A stretch of DNA of 64,000 bases, from NCBI GenBank assembly GCA_963825135.1, contig CAWGRW010000009.1:736001-800000 (forward strand), in the 5' to 3' direction. This DNA comes from an uncultured bacterium. Its GTDB lineage: Bacteria; Desulfobacterota_D; UBA1144; Nemesobacterales; UBA2774. Positions 40,290 to 51,119 of this stretch are shown one piece after another. Below the pieces are notes generated by a model. The model did not search any database and was not told where the DNA came from. It saw nothing but the letters and a program-made list of their open reading frames with translations. Each line of letters begins with the position of its first letter. The stretch's first letter is position 1. The position numbers were made by a program, and so were the translations under genes.

Positions 40290-40997
40290 TTATTCGATCA
40301 GGCCGATTATTTCGGAGAGCTCGCTAACCTCTTTGACTTCGGTATCGTTGAATCTCTTAATTTTTCTGCCGTTATACCATATCACATCCGAGCCCGCATT
40401 TAACGCGCCCATGACGTCCGTCCCGTACATATCGCCCACATGCACCGCTTCACCCGTCGAAATCCCCATCCTGTCGGCGGCGAATTTGAATATGCGCGGG
40501 TCGGGTTTAATCATGTCCAGATTCGTCGAATCGAAAACGAAATCGAAATACTGCCTGATGCCGACTTCCTCGCATTTCTCCGCCGTATAGCCGTCGTTGT
40601 TGGAAATGACTGCGAGCATGTATCCCTTTCCCTTGAGGGAATCGAGCAGTTCCGCGGCGCCCGGCAGCAGGGACCTCGAAAAATCGATCTCGCTCATTAC
40701 CCTTCTTACTTCCTGACGGAATTTATCGATATCGAACGCAGGAGAAAGCGATTCATAGAGAATCGGGAAGAACCATTCACGGTGCTCCATCGGACTGATT
40801 CCGCCCCTCTCCTTGTGTTTTAAAAACAATTTATAGTCCGCTTTGACATACTCGGATTCAAATTCATTATCAGTAATATCGAAACCGGCCTTCCTCATCG
40901 CCATTGCGATTCTGAAGATAAAAGGCGGATCGGTCGATGCGAGCGTATCGCCGAAATCGAAGAAAAATGCTTTTTTGGTGCCCTGTCTGCTCTTCAT
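40290..40997 (-). CDS. HAD-superfamily hydrolase
   Basis: FFDFGDTL, VISN, KPDPRIF, HVGD...TDV.GA. Confidence 0.88.
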   Translation of the reverse strand: MKSRQGTKKAFFFDFGDTLASTDPPFIFRIAMAMRKAGFDITDNEFESEYVKADYKLFLKHKERGGISPMEHREWFFPILYESLSPAFDIDKFRQEVRRVMSEIDFSRSLLPGAAELLDSLKGKGYMLAVISNNDGYTAEKCEEVGIRQYFDFVFDSTNLDMIKPDPRIFKFAADRMGISTGEAVHVGDMYGTDVMGALNAGSDVIWYNGRKIKRFNDTEVKEVSELSEIIGLIE

Positions 40998-41228
40998 TTC
41001 CTCAAGGAAAAATTTTCGCCTGCCTCTCGCCTTCCGGCTACAGAAAATGATAGCATAACTGTAAAGTTCCACTAATCCCGATAATGGGGAAAATGAAATT
41101 GGTATTCTTTCGACCGCCTTTTTTCATTCCACCGGAAAGAAAATACTGTATTAATCGGAACGGTTCCGATAAGATTGTTTTTTTTCTTTGCAATGAAATC
41201 ACGGAGGTGTTAAAATATTTTTCCAATT

Positions 41229-42671
41229 ATGAGATGGTACTTAACTCCTATGCTCGCGGTCATGCTCGTCGCCGCTTCAATTCCGACAGCATCGTCAGCA
41301 ACCAGCACAGCCACCGCGTACTCAGCGAAAATTGAAACCCTGCTCCCCAAGGAAGCGAGGAACAACGGCAAACTCGGCGTCCTGGTCAAGTCCCTCACTT
41401 CCGGAGAAACGATCTACGAGCATAATGCGCAGAATCTGTTTATTCCCGCTTCGAATGAAAAAATTATCACCTCCGTCGCGTCTCTCTCGCTTTTGAAACG
41501 AGACTACAGGTTCAAAACCGAATTCTACAGCGGCGGCGGATTATCAAAGGGCGTACTCCACGGCGGCCTGTATGTCAAAGGTTACGGGGACCCTACCCTC
41601 GGTGAACCGCACCTCGGATTCATAGTATATGAAATCAAGAAACGGGGCATAAAGGAGATAAAGGACGGAATAACCGTCGACGACTCCTATTTCAGCGGGA
41701 CCAGGCGGGCGGAAGGATGGAAGGAGGAATGGACAGACGATTTTTACAGCCCCCCGATAAGCGCGCTGTCATTCAACTACAACACTATCGAAGTGAAGGT
41801 CACGGCTTCAAAATCGGGGCAGAAGCCGACTATAACAATTCTGCCCGAAGGTTCTAATATAGCTATCGTTAATGGTGCGGTGACGAGCTCAAAACAGGGA
41901 GTGCTCACGACGACATGGAAAGATGAACAGACGATAATCGTGGGCGGAAGAATCAGATCGAAAGCATCGGTGCTTCTCAAAATCCCCGTACAGAACCCAA
42001 CGCTTCTCACCGGCAATATATTGAAGAACGCTCTTGAGGAAGCCGGGGTCAAGGTTTCCGGACCCGTCGTTATGGGCGAGGTGCCGAAATGGGCCACCAT
42101 TTTCTTCACGCACTACTCAGACCCGCTCTCCTCGATTATCACGGAGTACCTTAAGAACAGCGTCAATATCATAGGTGAAAACCTTATTAAAACCCTCGCG
42201 GCTGAATTTAAAGGCGCGCCGGGGTCCTGGGAAAACGGTTCGTCCGTAATCTCGGAATTTTTAAACAGGATCGGCATCAAAGACGGATTCAGGGTAGTTG
42301 ACGGCTCAGGCCTGTCGCTGCTGAACCGCGTGTCGCCCGAGACCCTGACCGATGTACTGAGCTACGCTTATACGAACAGGGTCATAGCTTCCGACTTTAT
42401 AGATTCGCTTCCGATTGCAGGCGTGGACGGAACGCTGAAGAAGAGATTCAGGCAGTCGGATGTCCAGGGCAGAGTAATGGCGAAGACGGGCTATCTCAAC
42501 AACGTAAGGGCCCTTTCCGGTTACGTTTTCACAAAACAGGGGGATGTGCTGGTATTTTCGATACTCGATAACGGACTCGGGTGGAAGACAAAGGAATTCC
42601 AGAGCAATCTCCTTTCCGAACTCGTCGGATGCTGCGTGGCAGGGGCTATAGGCAATTCAACTGTTAATTAA
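41229..42671 (+). CDS. dacB: D-Ala-D-Ala carboxypeptidase/endopeptidase PBP4 (peptidase S13)
   Basis: PASNEK (SxxK), GDPTL, SVN, DGSGLS..N, AKTG. Confidence 0.94.
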   Translation: MRWYLTPMLAVMLVAASIPTASSATSTATAYSAKIETLLPKEARNNGKLGVLVKSLTSGETIYEHNAQNLFIPASNEKIITSVASLSLLKRDYRFKTEFYSGGGLSKGVLHGGLYVKGYGDPTLGEPHLGFIVYEIKKRGIKEIKDGITVDDSYFSGTRRAEGWKEEWTDDFYSPPISALSFNYNTIEVKVTASKSGQKPTITILPEGSNIAIVNGAVTSSKQGVLTTTWKDEQTIIVGGRIRSKASVLLKIPVQNPTLLTGNILKNALEEAGVKVSGPVVMGEVPKWATIFFTHYSDPLSSIITEYLKNSVNIIGENLIKTLAAEFKGAPGSWENGSSVISEFLNRIGIKDGFRVVDGSGLSLLNRVSPETLTDVLSYAYTNRVIASDFIDSLPIAGVDGTLKKRFRQSDVQGRVMAKTGYLNNVRALSGYVFTKQGDVLVFSILDNGLGWKTKEFQSNLLSELVGCCVAGAIGNSTVN

Positions 42672-42907
42672 CCATCATGATTGTCCGGGTTCCCGGAATT
42701 GATTTTTGGAGAACGAAAAAGTAAAGTGTATTCAGAGGCGGGAATTTCATCCCAAAACCATTGTTTATTGATATTAATAACGCTGCCGCATTTTGATTCT
42801 GTTCAAATACACTGTGTACGAGGTCGGCTATAGCCTCGGCAATAAGGCAATGGGAGACGGCGTTCAGCAACAAAATCTGGAGTATTTCCCGAGAAGGTAA
42901 GTTTTAC

Positions 42908-42936
42908 TTGACAAATAAAGTAGAAAACTTTATTTT
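42908..42936 (+). promoter_or_regulatory. Candidate promoter for the gsp operon
   Basis: TTGACA-17 nt-TATTTT, overlapped by the imperfect inverted repeat AAGTTTTACT...AGTAGAAAACTT. Confidence 0.5.
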
Positions 42937-42964
42937 TTTAGGTAAATTTAACTATTCTACTTAA

Positions 42965-43900
42965 ATGCTTGCAACGATTTTAAAAAAATATGTCTGGATA
43001 GTCAACTTATGCCTGCTAACGGTACTGGCCTATTTAGCCGCCGTGACTGTAAATCAGAAAATCGGGGGCATGATAAGCTCTCCCCGTGCTGCGGCGTCGC
43101 AAAGATTCCTTTCCGACGAGAAGAGCAACAAACCGGAAGCAAACCCCAAGCACCCCGTAAATTACTATAAAATAATACTCACCAGAAACGTTTTCGGAAT
43201 CTCGAACCTGTCAGACGCGACGCTTCCGGGAGGCAGTCAGGAGGCCCTGCCCGACACGACACTCAATATAGAGCTCCTTGGAACAATCATGAATCACGAT
43301 GCCGCTTCAGTGGCGATCATAAAAAATCCCGACAATAATAAGGTAAGCGGGTACCGCGGCGGGGAGTCAATAGACATTATTGATTCCGACAATGTAAAGC
43401 TCATCGAGGTAATGAGCTGCAGGGCGGTAATAGAACGACAAAAAACCGGCCGCGAAACCATAAAATGTAAAAACCTGAAAGAAATGGTTTCCGCCGGTCC
43501 CGAGACGCCGGCGTCAAGAAAAGCTCATGCATCCGGAACGGGTTCAGGCAGCGATGAGGACTCCTTGGGAACCGAAGGCATAAACAAAATTGGCGAGAAC
43601 GAATATGAGGTCAGCAGGGAGCTGCTCGAAGAGGTCCTCAGCGATCCCACCAACATCGTACAGCAGGCGCGCGTGATACCTCAAGAGGATGGTCTTAGAT
43701 TTTTTGGGATCAGGTCGAATAGTATATTCTGGAAGATAGGAATTAAGAACGGAGATACTCTCCACCGAGTCAACAATGTCGATTTAAACGATGTGGAGAA
43801 AGCCCTGAGCGTATTTGAAGAACTCCGGTCACAGAGCAATTTCACGATCGATTTTACCAGGGCTGGTAAACAGTACACATATGAGTACACTGTTAAATAG
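42965..43900 (+). CDS. gspC: Type II secretion protein C with PDZ domain
   Basis: N-terminal TM, HR domain (L.LLGT.....AII), C-terminal PDZ (GIKNGD....VN); first gene of the gsp cluster. Confidence 0.88.
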   Translation: MLATILKKYVWIVNLCLLTVLAYLAAVTVNQKIGGMISSPRAAASQRFLSDEKSNKPEANPKHPVNYYKIILTRNVFGISNLSDATLPGGSQEALPDTTLNIELLGTIMNHDAASVAIIKNPDNNKVSGYRGGESIDIIDSDNVKLIEVMSCRAVIERQKTGRETIKCKNLKEMVSAGPETPASRKAHASGTGSGSDEDSLGTEGINKIGENEYEVSRELLEEVLSDPTNIVQQARVIPQEDGLRFFGIRSNSIFWKIGIKNGDTLHRVNNVDLNDVEKALSVFEELRSQSNFTIDFTRAGKQYTYEYTVK

Positions 43901-44012
43901 CTTGCAGTCCGGTTGCTTGGGTTTGTCGTGAAAGTCGTATTAAGTGCTGTATTAAACGCGATTATTCGAACAGAGAAAGTGAAGAGCGCATGCAGAATGT
44001 GAGGACTGAATA

Positions 44013-46778
44013 ATGAGAGGGTTGCTGGTCAGTGTTCTGATTCTGGGTTTCCTGCTGACACTATACGTGTACGTTAATACCGATCACGAAAAAACGATTA
44101 TCAAAGAGAACGCCGCGCAGACTACAGAGCTCGGGAACGAAGAAAGCATAAGCCCTCAGGGGAGAGATGACACGAGTTATCAGGTGCAAGAAGGCGACAC
44201 CCTTTCTCAGATCTCGGAAAAATTTCATGTATCGGTCAAAGAGCTAAAAGAATTCAACGGTCTTACCAAGGACGAGCTGTCCGTCGGAGAATTTATCGAC
44301 ATACCGGCCAAGAACGGGACCGAAAACCCTCAAATCGCCGGTGACGGCACGTATGCTCCATACGGAGATCCGGGCGATTCCCAAACCATGACCCAGGCTC
44401 TGAGCGACGGGACGCAGAACCCTTCATATTCGAATGACGGCGCGACGGATCAGAATACCGCCAACGATCAGCAAACATCCGACAGGCAGGCCGAGATAGA
44501 AAAAAGAAGGCAGGAGCTAATCCAGCAAAAGCAACAGCAACACCGGCAGCTGAATCAGGGACGCCATACGCAACAACCAACCGGCCCCGGAAGAATGCAG
44601 AAGTTTCAGCGGCAAGATACGGGTGCTGAAACAAAGGAAACCACACCGGCGGGGACCGAAGTCAAGGCTAAGGAGGAAAAACCCGAGGTCACGATAACCG
44701 ACGGCGAGGTAGTGAACCTGCAATCGGAAATGGATGTGCAGGACCTGATCCAGACTATCAGCGAAATTACGGGGCAGAACTTCATTCTCGACGAATCCGT
44801 AAAAGGAAAGAAAATCACCGTAATCGCACCGGGGGGATTCAAAAAAGAAAACGCAATGCGGCTCTTTGAAACCATCCTCAGCCTGAACGGGTTCTCGGTG
44901 GTGAAGAAGGACGGAACGAATATCATCGTCCCGAAAAGAGACGTAAAAATAACCAGCATACCTACAGAAGTAGGCACACAGCAGGGAGAGTCCTCCGATA
45001 GTTTTATCACGAGGCTGATTCAGCTGAAAAACATACAGGCGAGTGAGGTAGCGAATATACTGAAGCCTCTTATTTCCCGCGAAGGGGACATCGTGGTCTA
45101 CCCGGCCATGAATACCCTCATCATAATCGAAACCGTGGACAACCTGAACAGAATACTGAAAATCATCCAGAATCTGGATGTAGAGACCGAAATCGAATTC
45201 ATAAAGATACACAACGCAGATGCAGCGGAGGTAGCTACCAAGCTCGTTGAAATATTCGGAGGAACGTCTTCCACGTCATCGGGCCCCGCGGCACAGACGC
45301 AGCAGACGCAAAGGCAGTCTTCTTCCCGCACGAGGAATCTTCCGGGATCTCAGAATAAATCCGAGGCCCCGGCGATAACAGCCCAGTCCACAACGGAGAC
45401 ATCCGCAGTGGGCTTTAAAGTGATCACGGACGAAAGGACGAATTCCTTAATAGTAATCGCCTATCCGGACGACATGAAGAAAATCAAATCCGTTATAGAG
45501 ATACTCGACGTGGAAACAGCCGAGCCCGAAGAGGGTATTTATGTTATCCGCGTCTTGAACGCCGACGCCGAATCGATCGTGGGTGTGCTTGCGGGCCTGT
45601 TCGGGGGGAGCACCGGCGGAACCGGACTCGGAGCCGGCAGGTCGCAGAGAAACTCGAGCTCGACTTTCGGATCCGATCAGGGACTCGGCAACTCGTCATC
45701 CAGTACCGGCTCAAGCTCGGCCTTGTCCAGGCAGACGATTGAAAGGGGAGCGGCGAACGGCGCTGTGGCGGTAGCGGAGACCGACGAGCTCAGGGTCACT
45801 TCGGACCCCTCTACGAATTCAATAATTTTTATCGGGTCCAGAAGGGACTACGAGACCATAAAGGAAGTAATACAGGAGCTTGACGTAAGGAGAAAGCAGG
45901 TATTCGTGGAAGCGGCAATTCTCGAAGTAAGTCTGGACAAAATCAGATCTTTCGGGACCAATCTGAGTATAGGATTTACGGTGAACGGCGATACGCTCGG
46001 ATTCGGCGGCACGGTGCTTCCGGGTGTTCCCAGCCTGCTTGGGGTACAGGCGGATCCCGAAGCCTCCGTGAACGTTCTAGGCAGTCTCTCCGGCTTGTTC
46101 CTGGGCGTAGTGGGTCAGGAAGTGGATCCGGACGGCTCCGGACCGATACCGCCTATCCCTTCCTTCAGCGCACTTTTCCAGGCGCTGACATCTCTTACGG
46201 ATGTTAACGTTTTATCCACGCCCAGCATCATGACTACGGACAACGAGCCCGCCGAAATTATAGTGGCTGACGTCATTCCGTTCCCAACCGGGAGCACCGT
46301 CGGGGACAGCGGCGTCACCGTACAGACTATCCAGCGTGAACCCGTAGGCATAAGACTATCCATAACCCCTCAGATCAGCGAGGGCGACTTCCTGAATCTC
46401 AACATCCTGACGGAGGTCTCGGCAATAAGACAGGCCCCGGTACAGGGATTAAATACCGCCCAGTTCGGTATCGCCACCACGACCAGGACCGCCGACTCCT
46501 CCGTCGTCGTGAAGAACGGGCAGACGATCGTAATAGGCGGACTCGTGCAGGACAGGGAGAGCGTCGTCCAGAACAGGGTGCCGGTGCTCGGCAATATACC
46601 AGTGCTGGGCAACCTGTTTAAATACAAGCAGAGGCAGAGTCAGAAGATCAATCTTATGATACTCCTGACGCCGAGAATCGTCGAGAATGAAGAGGATATG
46701 CGGCGGATACTTGAAGAAAGGCAAAGACGCAATATGCTTTTACAGGAGAGGGGGTTTAACAAGGAGGACAGTAACTGA
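44013..46778 (+). CDS. gspD: Type II secretion secretin with N-terminal LysM domain
   Basis: N0-N3 domains (DERTNSLIV, DPSTNSII), LDVRRKQVFVEA, VLSTP, GQTIVIGGL, VP.LG.IP.LG.LF; LysM at aa ~54-98. Confidence 0.93.
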   Translation: MRGLLVSVLILGFLLTLYVYVNTDHEKTIIKENAAQTTELGNEESISPQGRDDTSYQVQEGDTLSQISEKFHVSVKELKEFNGLTKDELSVGEFIDIPAKNGTENPQIAGDGTYAPYGDPGDSQTMTQALSDGTQNPSYSNDGATDQNTANDQQTSDRQAEIEKRRQELIQQKQQQHRQLNQGRHTQQPTGPGRMQKFQRQDTGAETKETTPAGTEVKAKEEKPEVTITDGEVVNLQSEMDVQDLIQTISEITGQNFILDESVKGKKITVIAPGGFKKENAMRLFETILSLNGFSVVKKDGTNIIVPKRDVKITSIPTEVGTQQGESSDSFITRLIQLKNIQASEVANILKPLISREGDIVVYPAMNTLIIIETVDNLNRILKIIQNLDVETEIEFIKIHNADAAEVATKLVEIFGGTSSTSSGPAAQTQQTQRQSSSRTRNLPGSQNKSEAPAITAQSTTETSAVGFKVITDERTNSLIVIAYPDDMKKIKSVIEILDVETAEPEEGIYVIRVLNADAESIVGVLAGLFGGSTGGTGLGAGRSQRNSSSTFGSDQGLGNSSSSTGSSSALSRQTIERGAANGAVAVAETDELRVTSDPSTNSIIFIGSRRDYETIKEVIQELDVRRKQVFVEAAILEVSLDKIRSFGTNLSIGFTVNGDTLGFGGTVLPGVPSLLGVQADPEASVNVLGSLSGLFLGVVGQEVDPDGSGPIPPIPSFSALFQALTSLTDVNVLSTPSIMTTDNEPAEIIVADVIPFPTGSTVGDSGVTVQTIQREPVGIRLSITPQISEGDFLNLNILTEVSAIRQAPVQGLNTAQFGIATTTRTADSSVVVKNGQTIVIGGLVQDRESVVQNRVPVLGNIPVLGNLFKYKQRQSQKINLMILLTPRIVENEEDMRRILEERQRRNMLLQERGFNKEDSN

Positions 46779-46793
46779 TTTTAAGTTATTCCT

Positions 46794-48473
46794 ATGAAAA
46801 GCATTCAGGAAATCATAAGCGAGCGAAATCCGGACGCGCTGGTCAGAATCGATGAATTGCTGTCAAAAAACGGGGAAAGCTTCGAGGAAATATTAATTAA
46901 ATCGAGAGTCCTCGACGAGAAAGAAGTTCTTGAGGTCCTTTCCGAATTCTATGAGTATCCGTATACACTGACAATTTCCGAAAGGGAAATAGATCCCGAG
47001 CTTGTAAAAACACTCCCGATCAGCTTCGCGAAAAAATTCAGACTCATTCCGTTTCAGAGGAAAAACGGGAAGGTTATGATAATCCTTGCGCCCCCCCTCG
47101 ACCTTTACGCCCTCGATGAGATTAGATCACTCTTCGGGTGCGAAATCGAACCCGTGCTGGCGTTGAACCATGTTGTCCTCGAAAGCATCAACCGCGTCTA
47201 TGAGCGCGGCAAGGAGATGACGGAGGGGATAGAAGACGATTCCACAGGCATAACGGAATACGACCTCCAGGAGCCCAAAGACCTCCTCGAGGCCGAAGAC
47301 GAAGCCCCTATTATAAGGTTCGTCAATTCACTCCTTTTTCAGGCCGTAAAGGAAAAAGCGAGCGATATACACCTCGAGTGCTTCGAGAAGGAGCTTTCCG
47401 TAAGGTTCAGAAAAGACGGAATACTGCACGAGATAACCTCGGTCCCCAAAAAGCTTCAGGCATCAATAATCTCAAGGGTTAAAATTATGGCGGAGCTCGA
47501 CATAGCGGAGAAGAGAAAACCCCAGGACGGGAGGATCCGCGTCAAGGTTGCGGGAAGGGACGTAGATGTCCGTATATCCACCGTTCCGACTACCTGGGGC
47601 GAGAGCGTGGTAATGAGAATCCTGGACAGGTCCTCAGTCCTCCTCACTCTGGAGGACCTCGGCCTCGCGGGAGAAAAGCTCCATATCTTCGAAGGCCTGA
47701 TTCTGCGGCCTCACGGCATCATACTGGTCACGGGACCCACCGGCAGCGGTAAAACTACCTCTCTTTACGCAGGTCTTGAGAGGATAAATTCTCCCGATAA
47801 AAAGATCATCACAGTTGAAGACCCCGTTGAATACCAGATTCAGGGGATCAATCAGATACAGGTAAATCCCAAGGTAAACCTCACATTCGCAAACGGGCTC
47901 AGATCGATACTCCGTCAGGACCCCGACGTGATCCTGGTCGGCGAGATCAGGGACAGAGAAACCGCGGATATCGCGATACACGCGTCCCTCACGGGGCATC
48001 TCGTTTTCTCCACCCTCCATACGAACGATTCCGCGAGCGCCATAACGAGACTTATAGATATGGAAATAGAACCATTCCTCGTCGCTTCTTCGCTAATGGC
48101 CGTAATAGCGCAGCGCCTCCTGCGGTTCCTCTGCAACTCCTGCAAAGAACCCTACGAGCCCTATGACGACGAGCTGCTAAAAATCGGCATTGACAGGAAA
48201 CAGCTTCGCGACGGCGTCCTTTACAGGGCCAAGGGGTGCGATAAATGTTTTAATATGGGTTATAGCGGGAGAACCGGGATTTTCGAAATGCTCCTTATCA
48301 ACGACGATATTAGGAACCTTACTCTCAGTCAGGTCGATTCGACAAAAATCAAGAGAAAGGCGATGGAGCACGGAATGACCTCACTCAGAATGGACGGGGC
48401 TGAGAAGGTGGCAAGGGGCTTGACCTCGGTTGACGAGGTCATGAGGGTTACCGAAGAGGAAAGCATAATCTAG
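46794..48473 (+). CDS. gspE: Type II secretion ATPase
   Basis: ASDIH, PQDGR, GPTGSGKTT, EDPVEY, LRQDPD, GHLVFSTLH, tetracysteine motif. Confidence 0.96.
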   Translation: MKSIQEIISERNPDALVRIDELLSKNGESFEEILIKSRVLDEKEVLEVLSEFYEYPYTLTISEREIDPELVKTLPISFAKKFRLIPFQRKNGKVMIILAPPLDLYALDEIRSLFGCEIEPVLALNHVVLESINRVYERGKEMTEGIEDDSTGITEYDLQEPKDLLEAEDEAPIIRFVNSLLFQAVKEKASDIHLECFEKELSVRFRKDGILHEITSVPKKLQASIISRVKIMAELDIAEKRKPQDGRIRVKVAGRDVDVRISTVPTTWGESVVMRILDRSSVLLTLEDLGLAGEKLHIFEGLILRPHGIILVTGPTGSGKTTSLYAGLERINSPDKKIITVEDPVEYQIQGINQIQVNPKVNLTFANGLRSILRQDPDVILVGEIRDRETADIAIHASLTGHLVFSTLHTNDSASAITRLIDMEIEPFLVASSLMAVIAQRLLRFLCNSCKEPYEPYDDELLKIGIDRKQLRDGVLYRAKGCDKCFNMGYSGRTGIFEMLLINDDIRNLTLSQVDSTKIKRKAMEHGMTSLRMDGAEKVARGLTSVDEVMRVTEEESII

Positions 48474-48530
48474 CCCGTCTGAAAGGGTTTACCCCAAATT
48501 TAACAGCCGAGATGAAATTTAAATTAAAAA

Positions 48531-49736
48531 ATGCCCGTATACAAATATAAGGCCATAGACGAGACCGGACGAACCGTCCAGGGAATAGTAGACGCGGAAT
48601 CCCCGAAGGGCGCAACGGACAAGCTCAAGCGTCAGGGGGTATTCCTGTCGTCCCTGAACGAGGTCAAAGAAGGGAAATCGAGAGGCTTTTTTCTCTTCGG
48701 CGGCGTAAAAATCGCGGAGCTGGCGATCACGACGAGACAGTTTTCCACCCTCATTTCGGCGGGACTGCCCCTCGAGGCCTCATTAACGGCCCTTTCGGAG
48801 CAAACGGAGGACGCGAGGCTCGGTCAGATATTAACCCAGGTAAAGGACAGGGTCAGCGAGGGCAGCTCCCTGGCCAGCGCCCTGGGCGAGCACAGGAAGG
48901 TCTTCTCCGATCTCTACATAAATATCGTGAGGGCCGGGGAAGCAAGCGGCACGCTCGATATCGTCCTGCTCAGGCTCGCGGACTTCCTGGAAAAACAGGC
49001 CGCCCTTACTTCCAAGGTGAAGAGCGCTCTCATATACCCCATATTCATGTTTTGCATAGGCGGCGGGGTGCTCTTTTTTACGATGACTTATGTAATACCA
49101 AGAATCGCGAAGATTTTCGAGGACAGCCAGAAGGCCTTACCCGTCATGACGGTTATACTGATAAAGGTGAGCGGCTTTTTTAGTAATAACATTCTGCTGC
49201 TCCTGATCTTGCTACCGGTACTCTTTTTCGTGGCTTACAGGTTTAATAAAACGGACCGCGGCAGGATGTTTTTCGACCGCGTATCCCTGAAATTGCCCGT
49301 ATTCGGAAAAATAAATTCCATGGTTGTGATATCGAGGTTCACGCGCACCCTGGGGACGCTGCTCGCGAGCGGCATACCTCTTCTCGACGCTCTCAAGATA
49401 GGCGAAGCGGTATTGGACAACCGGGTTTACAGCAAAACGCTCGAAGAGGTCAGGTCAAATGTAAGGGAGGGGACAAGTCTTGCGAAACCCCTCAAGGACA
49501 GCGGGGTGTTCCCGCCGCTTGTTACCAGAATGATAGCCGTCGGGGAACAGACGGGGGAAATGGAAGAGATGCTCACGAAGGTGGCGGATATCTATGATCA
49601 ACAGGTCGAAACGATGGTCTCCACACTCACATCTCTGCTCGAGCCCGTCATGATATTAATAATAGGCGCGGTAATGGGGTTCATTGTATTCGCGGTTCTC
49701 CTGCCTATATTTAATTTAACGTCAACTATCGGATAA
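48531..49736 (+). CDS. gspF: Type II secretion inner-membrane platform protein
   Basis: AGEASGTL, ALIYP, VGEQTGEM, LLEP. Confidence 0.95.
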   Translation: MPVYKYKAIDETGRTVQGIVDAESPKGATDKLKRQGVFLSSLNEVKEGKSRGFFLFGGVKIAELAITTRQFSTLISAGLPLEASLTALSEQTEDARLGQILTQVKDRVSEGSSLASALGEHRKVFSDLYINIVRAGEASGTLDIVLLRLADFLEKQAALTSKVKSALIYPIFMFCIGGGVLFFTMTYVIPRIAKIFEDSQKALPVMTVILIKVSGFFSNNILLLLILLPVLFFVAYRFNKTDRGRMFFDRVSLKLPVFGKINSMVVISRFTRTLGTLLASGIPLLDALKIGEAVLDNRVYSKTLEEVRSNVREGTSLAKPLKDSGVFPPLVTRMIAVGEQTGEMEEMLTKVADIYDQQVETMVSTLTSLLEPVMILIIGAVMGFIVFAVLLPIFNLTSTIG

Positions 49737-49751
49737 AAGGAGGTAGTAGAT

Positions 49752-50180
49752 ATGAGATCTCAAGGCGGTTTCACGCTTATCGAAATCATGGTCGTGCTTC
49801 TGATCATAGCCGGTCTCGCATATATTGTGGGCACGAACGTGATCGGAAGGTTCGGGCAAGCCAAGAAGGAAGAAACCAAAATCCAGATAAAGAACCTTGA
49901 GTCGGCACTTAAGCTCTTTAAGCTGGATAACGGATATTACCCGGAGACGCAACAGGGTCTTCAAGCCCTGATACAGCAGCCTACGAGCGGCAGAGAGCCG
50001 TGCTGCTACGCCAAGGAAGGATATCTGGAAGGCGGCCAGGTCCCGAAGGACGGCTGGAAAAACGATTTCGTATACATAGGCCCCGACCAGACGGGCGACG
50101 GCACGTATGAGATCATCTCCATCGGTGAGGACGCCGTACAGCAGACCGAGGACGATCTCACAAGCCGTACCATACAATGA
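49752..50180 (+). CDS. gspG: Major pseudopilin
   Basis: GFTLIEIMVV prepilin site; AL..F.LDNG.YP...QGL.AL, P.D.W. Confidence 0.94.
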   Translation: MRSQGGFTLIEIMVVLLIIAGLAYIVGTNVIGRFGQAKKEETKIQIKNLESALKLFKLDNGYYPETQQGLQALIQQPTSGREPCCYAKEGYLEGGQVPKDGWKNDFVYIGPDQTGDGTYEIISIGEDAVQQTEDDLTSRTIQ

Positions 50181-50692
50181 AGAAGAGGAACGGCTTTTCA
50201 CTCATAGAACTCCTGGTTGTTATCATGATAATCAGCGCTTTTGTATTCATAGCATTGCCGAAAATCCAGAGCGGGACGGAGATGAATATAAAGAGCGCTT
50301 CCAGGAACCTGAGCGGAACTATAAGATATCTTTATAACGAAGCGGCGTTCAAGAAGAATATTTACAGGCTCGTTTTCGATATCGACAGGGGGGAATACTG
50401 GGTCGAGGTGCTTAACAACAACGAGTACGTAGTGTCAACCGATTACCTGCACAAGAAACGGGTGCTGCCGGCCGGAGTCCATTTCAAGGACGTTATTACC
50501 GAACGCACCCTGGGGAAAAGCTCGCTCGACGATTCAGGCGAATTTATCCTGTTTCTGCCCACGGGTTTTGTAGAACCGGCGGTTATTCATTTGGTTACCG
50601 ACAACGAAGTCAACTACACGCTTGAAACAAAACCTTATACCGGCGGAACCAAGGTATACGACGAATACGTAGAGCCGCAGAGGAATGAATAA
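50177..50692 (+). CDS. gspH: Minor pseudopilin H
   Basis: [10 protein letters not shown]; operon position. Confidence 0.8.
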   Translation: MKKRNGFSLIELLVVIMIISAFVFIALPKIQSGTEMNIKSASRNLSGTIRYLYNEAAFKKNIYRLVFDIDRGEYWVEVLNNNEYVVSTDYLHKKRVLPAGVHFKDVITERTLGKSSLDDSGEFILFLPTGFVEPAVIHLVTDNEVNYTLETKPYTGGTKVYDEYVEPQRNE

Positions 50693-51119
50693 ATTGATCC
50701 CGGCCCAAAACGAGTTCCGCGCGGAAGCGGTGCGGCTCAGATCCGGCGTGCGAACGCGGAAAACCGGGTTTACACTTCTGGAAGTGATCATTGCCGTCGC
50801 GATAATAGGTTCGTCCTTAGCCATATTACTCGGAGCGGTGAACAAAAACCTCATCCTCGCCTCTCAATCGAAGAACCTTACGATCGCTTCATTCCTCGCC
50901 CAGAGGAAGATGGGAGAGATAGAGATAGAGGGGTTTCCGGATTTAGGCGACCGGAATGGGGTTTTCGAGGAGAGTCCCGAGTTCAAATGGTATCTGTCGG
51001 TTCAACCGTATAATATCGAGCAGCTCGGCACCGAGATAAGGATAGTCATATTGACCGTCTCATGGGATGAAGGACACAGGGAGTTTAAAGTTGCAACTGC
51101 GATTTCGAACTACAAATGA
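50685..51119 (+). CDS. gspI: Minor pseudopilin I
   Basis: [13 protein letters not shown]; operon position. Confidence 0.82.
   Translation: MNKLIPAQNEFRAEAVRLRSGVRTRKTGFTLLEVIIAVAIIGSSLAILLGAVNKNLILASQSKNLTIASFLAQRKMGEIEIEGFPDLGDRNGVFEESPEFKWYLSVQPYNIEQLGTEIRIVILTVSWDEGHREFKVATAISNYK

Noticed and set aside
42672..42900. Possible ncRNA or small ORF between dacB and gspC
   Set aside because: Only short, weak pairings and no recognisable motif.
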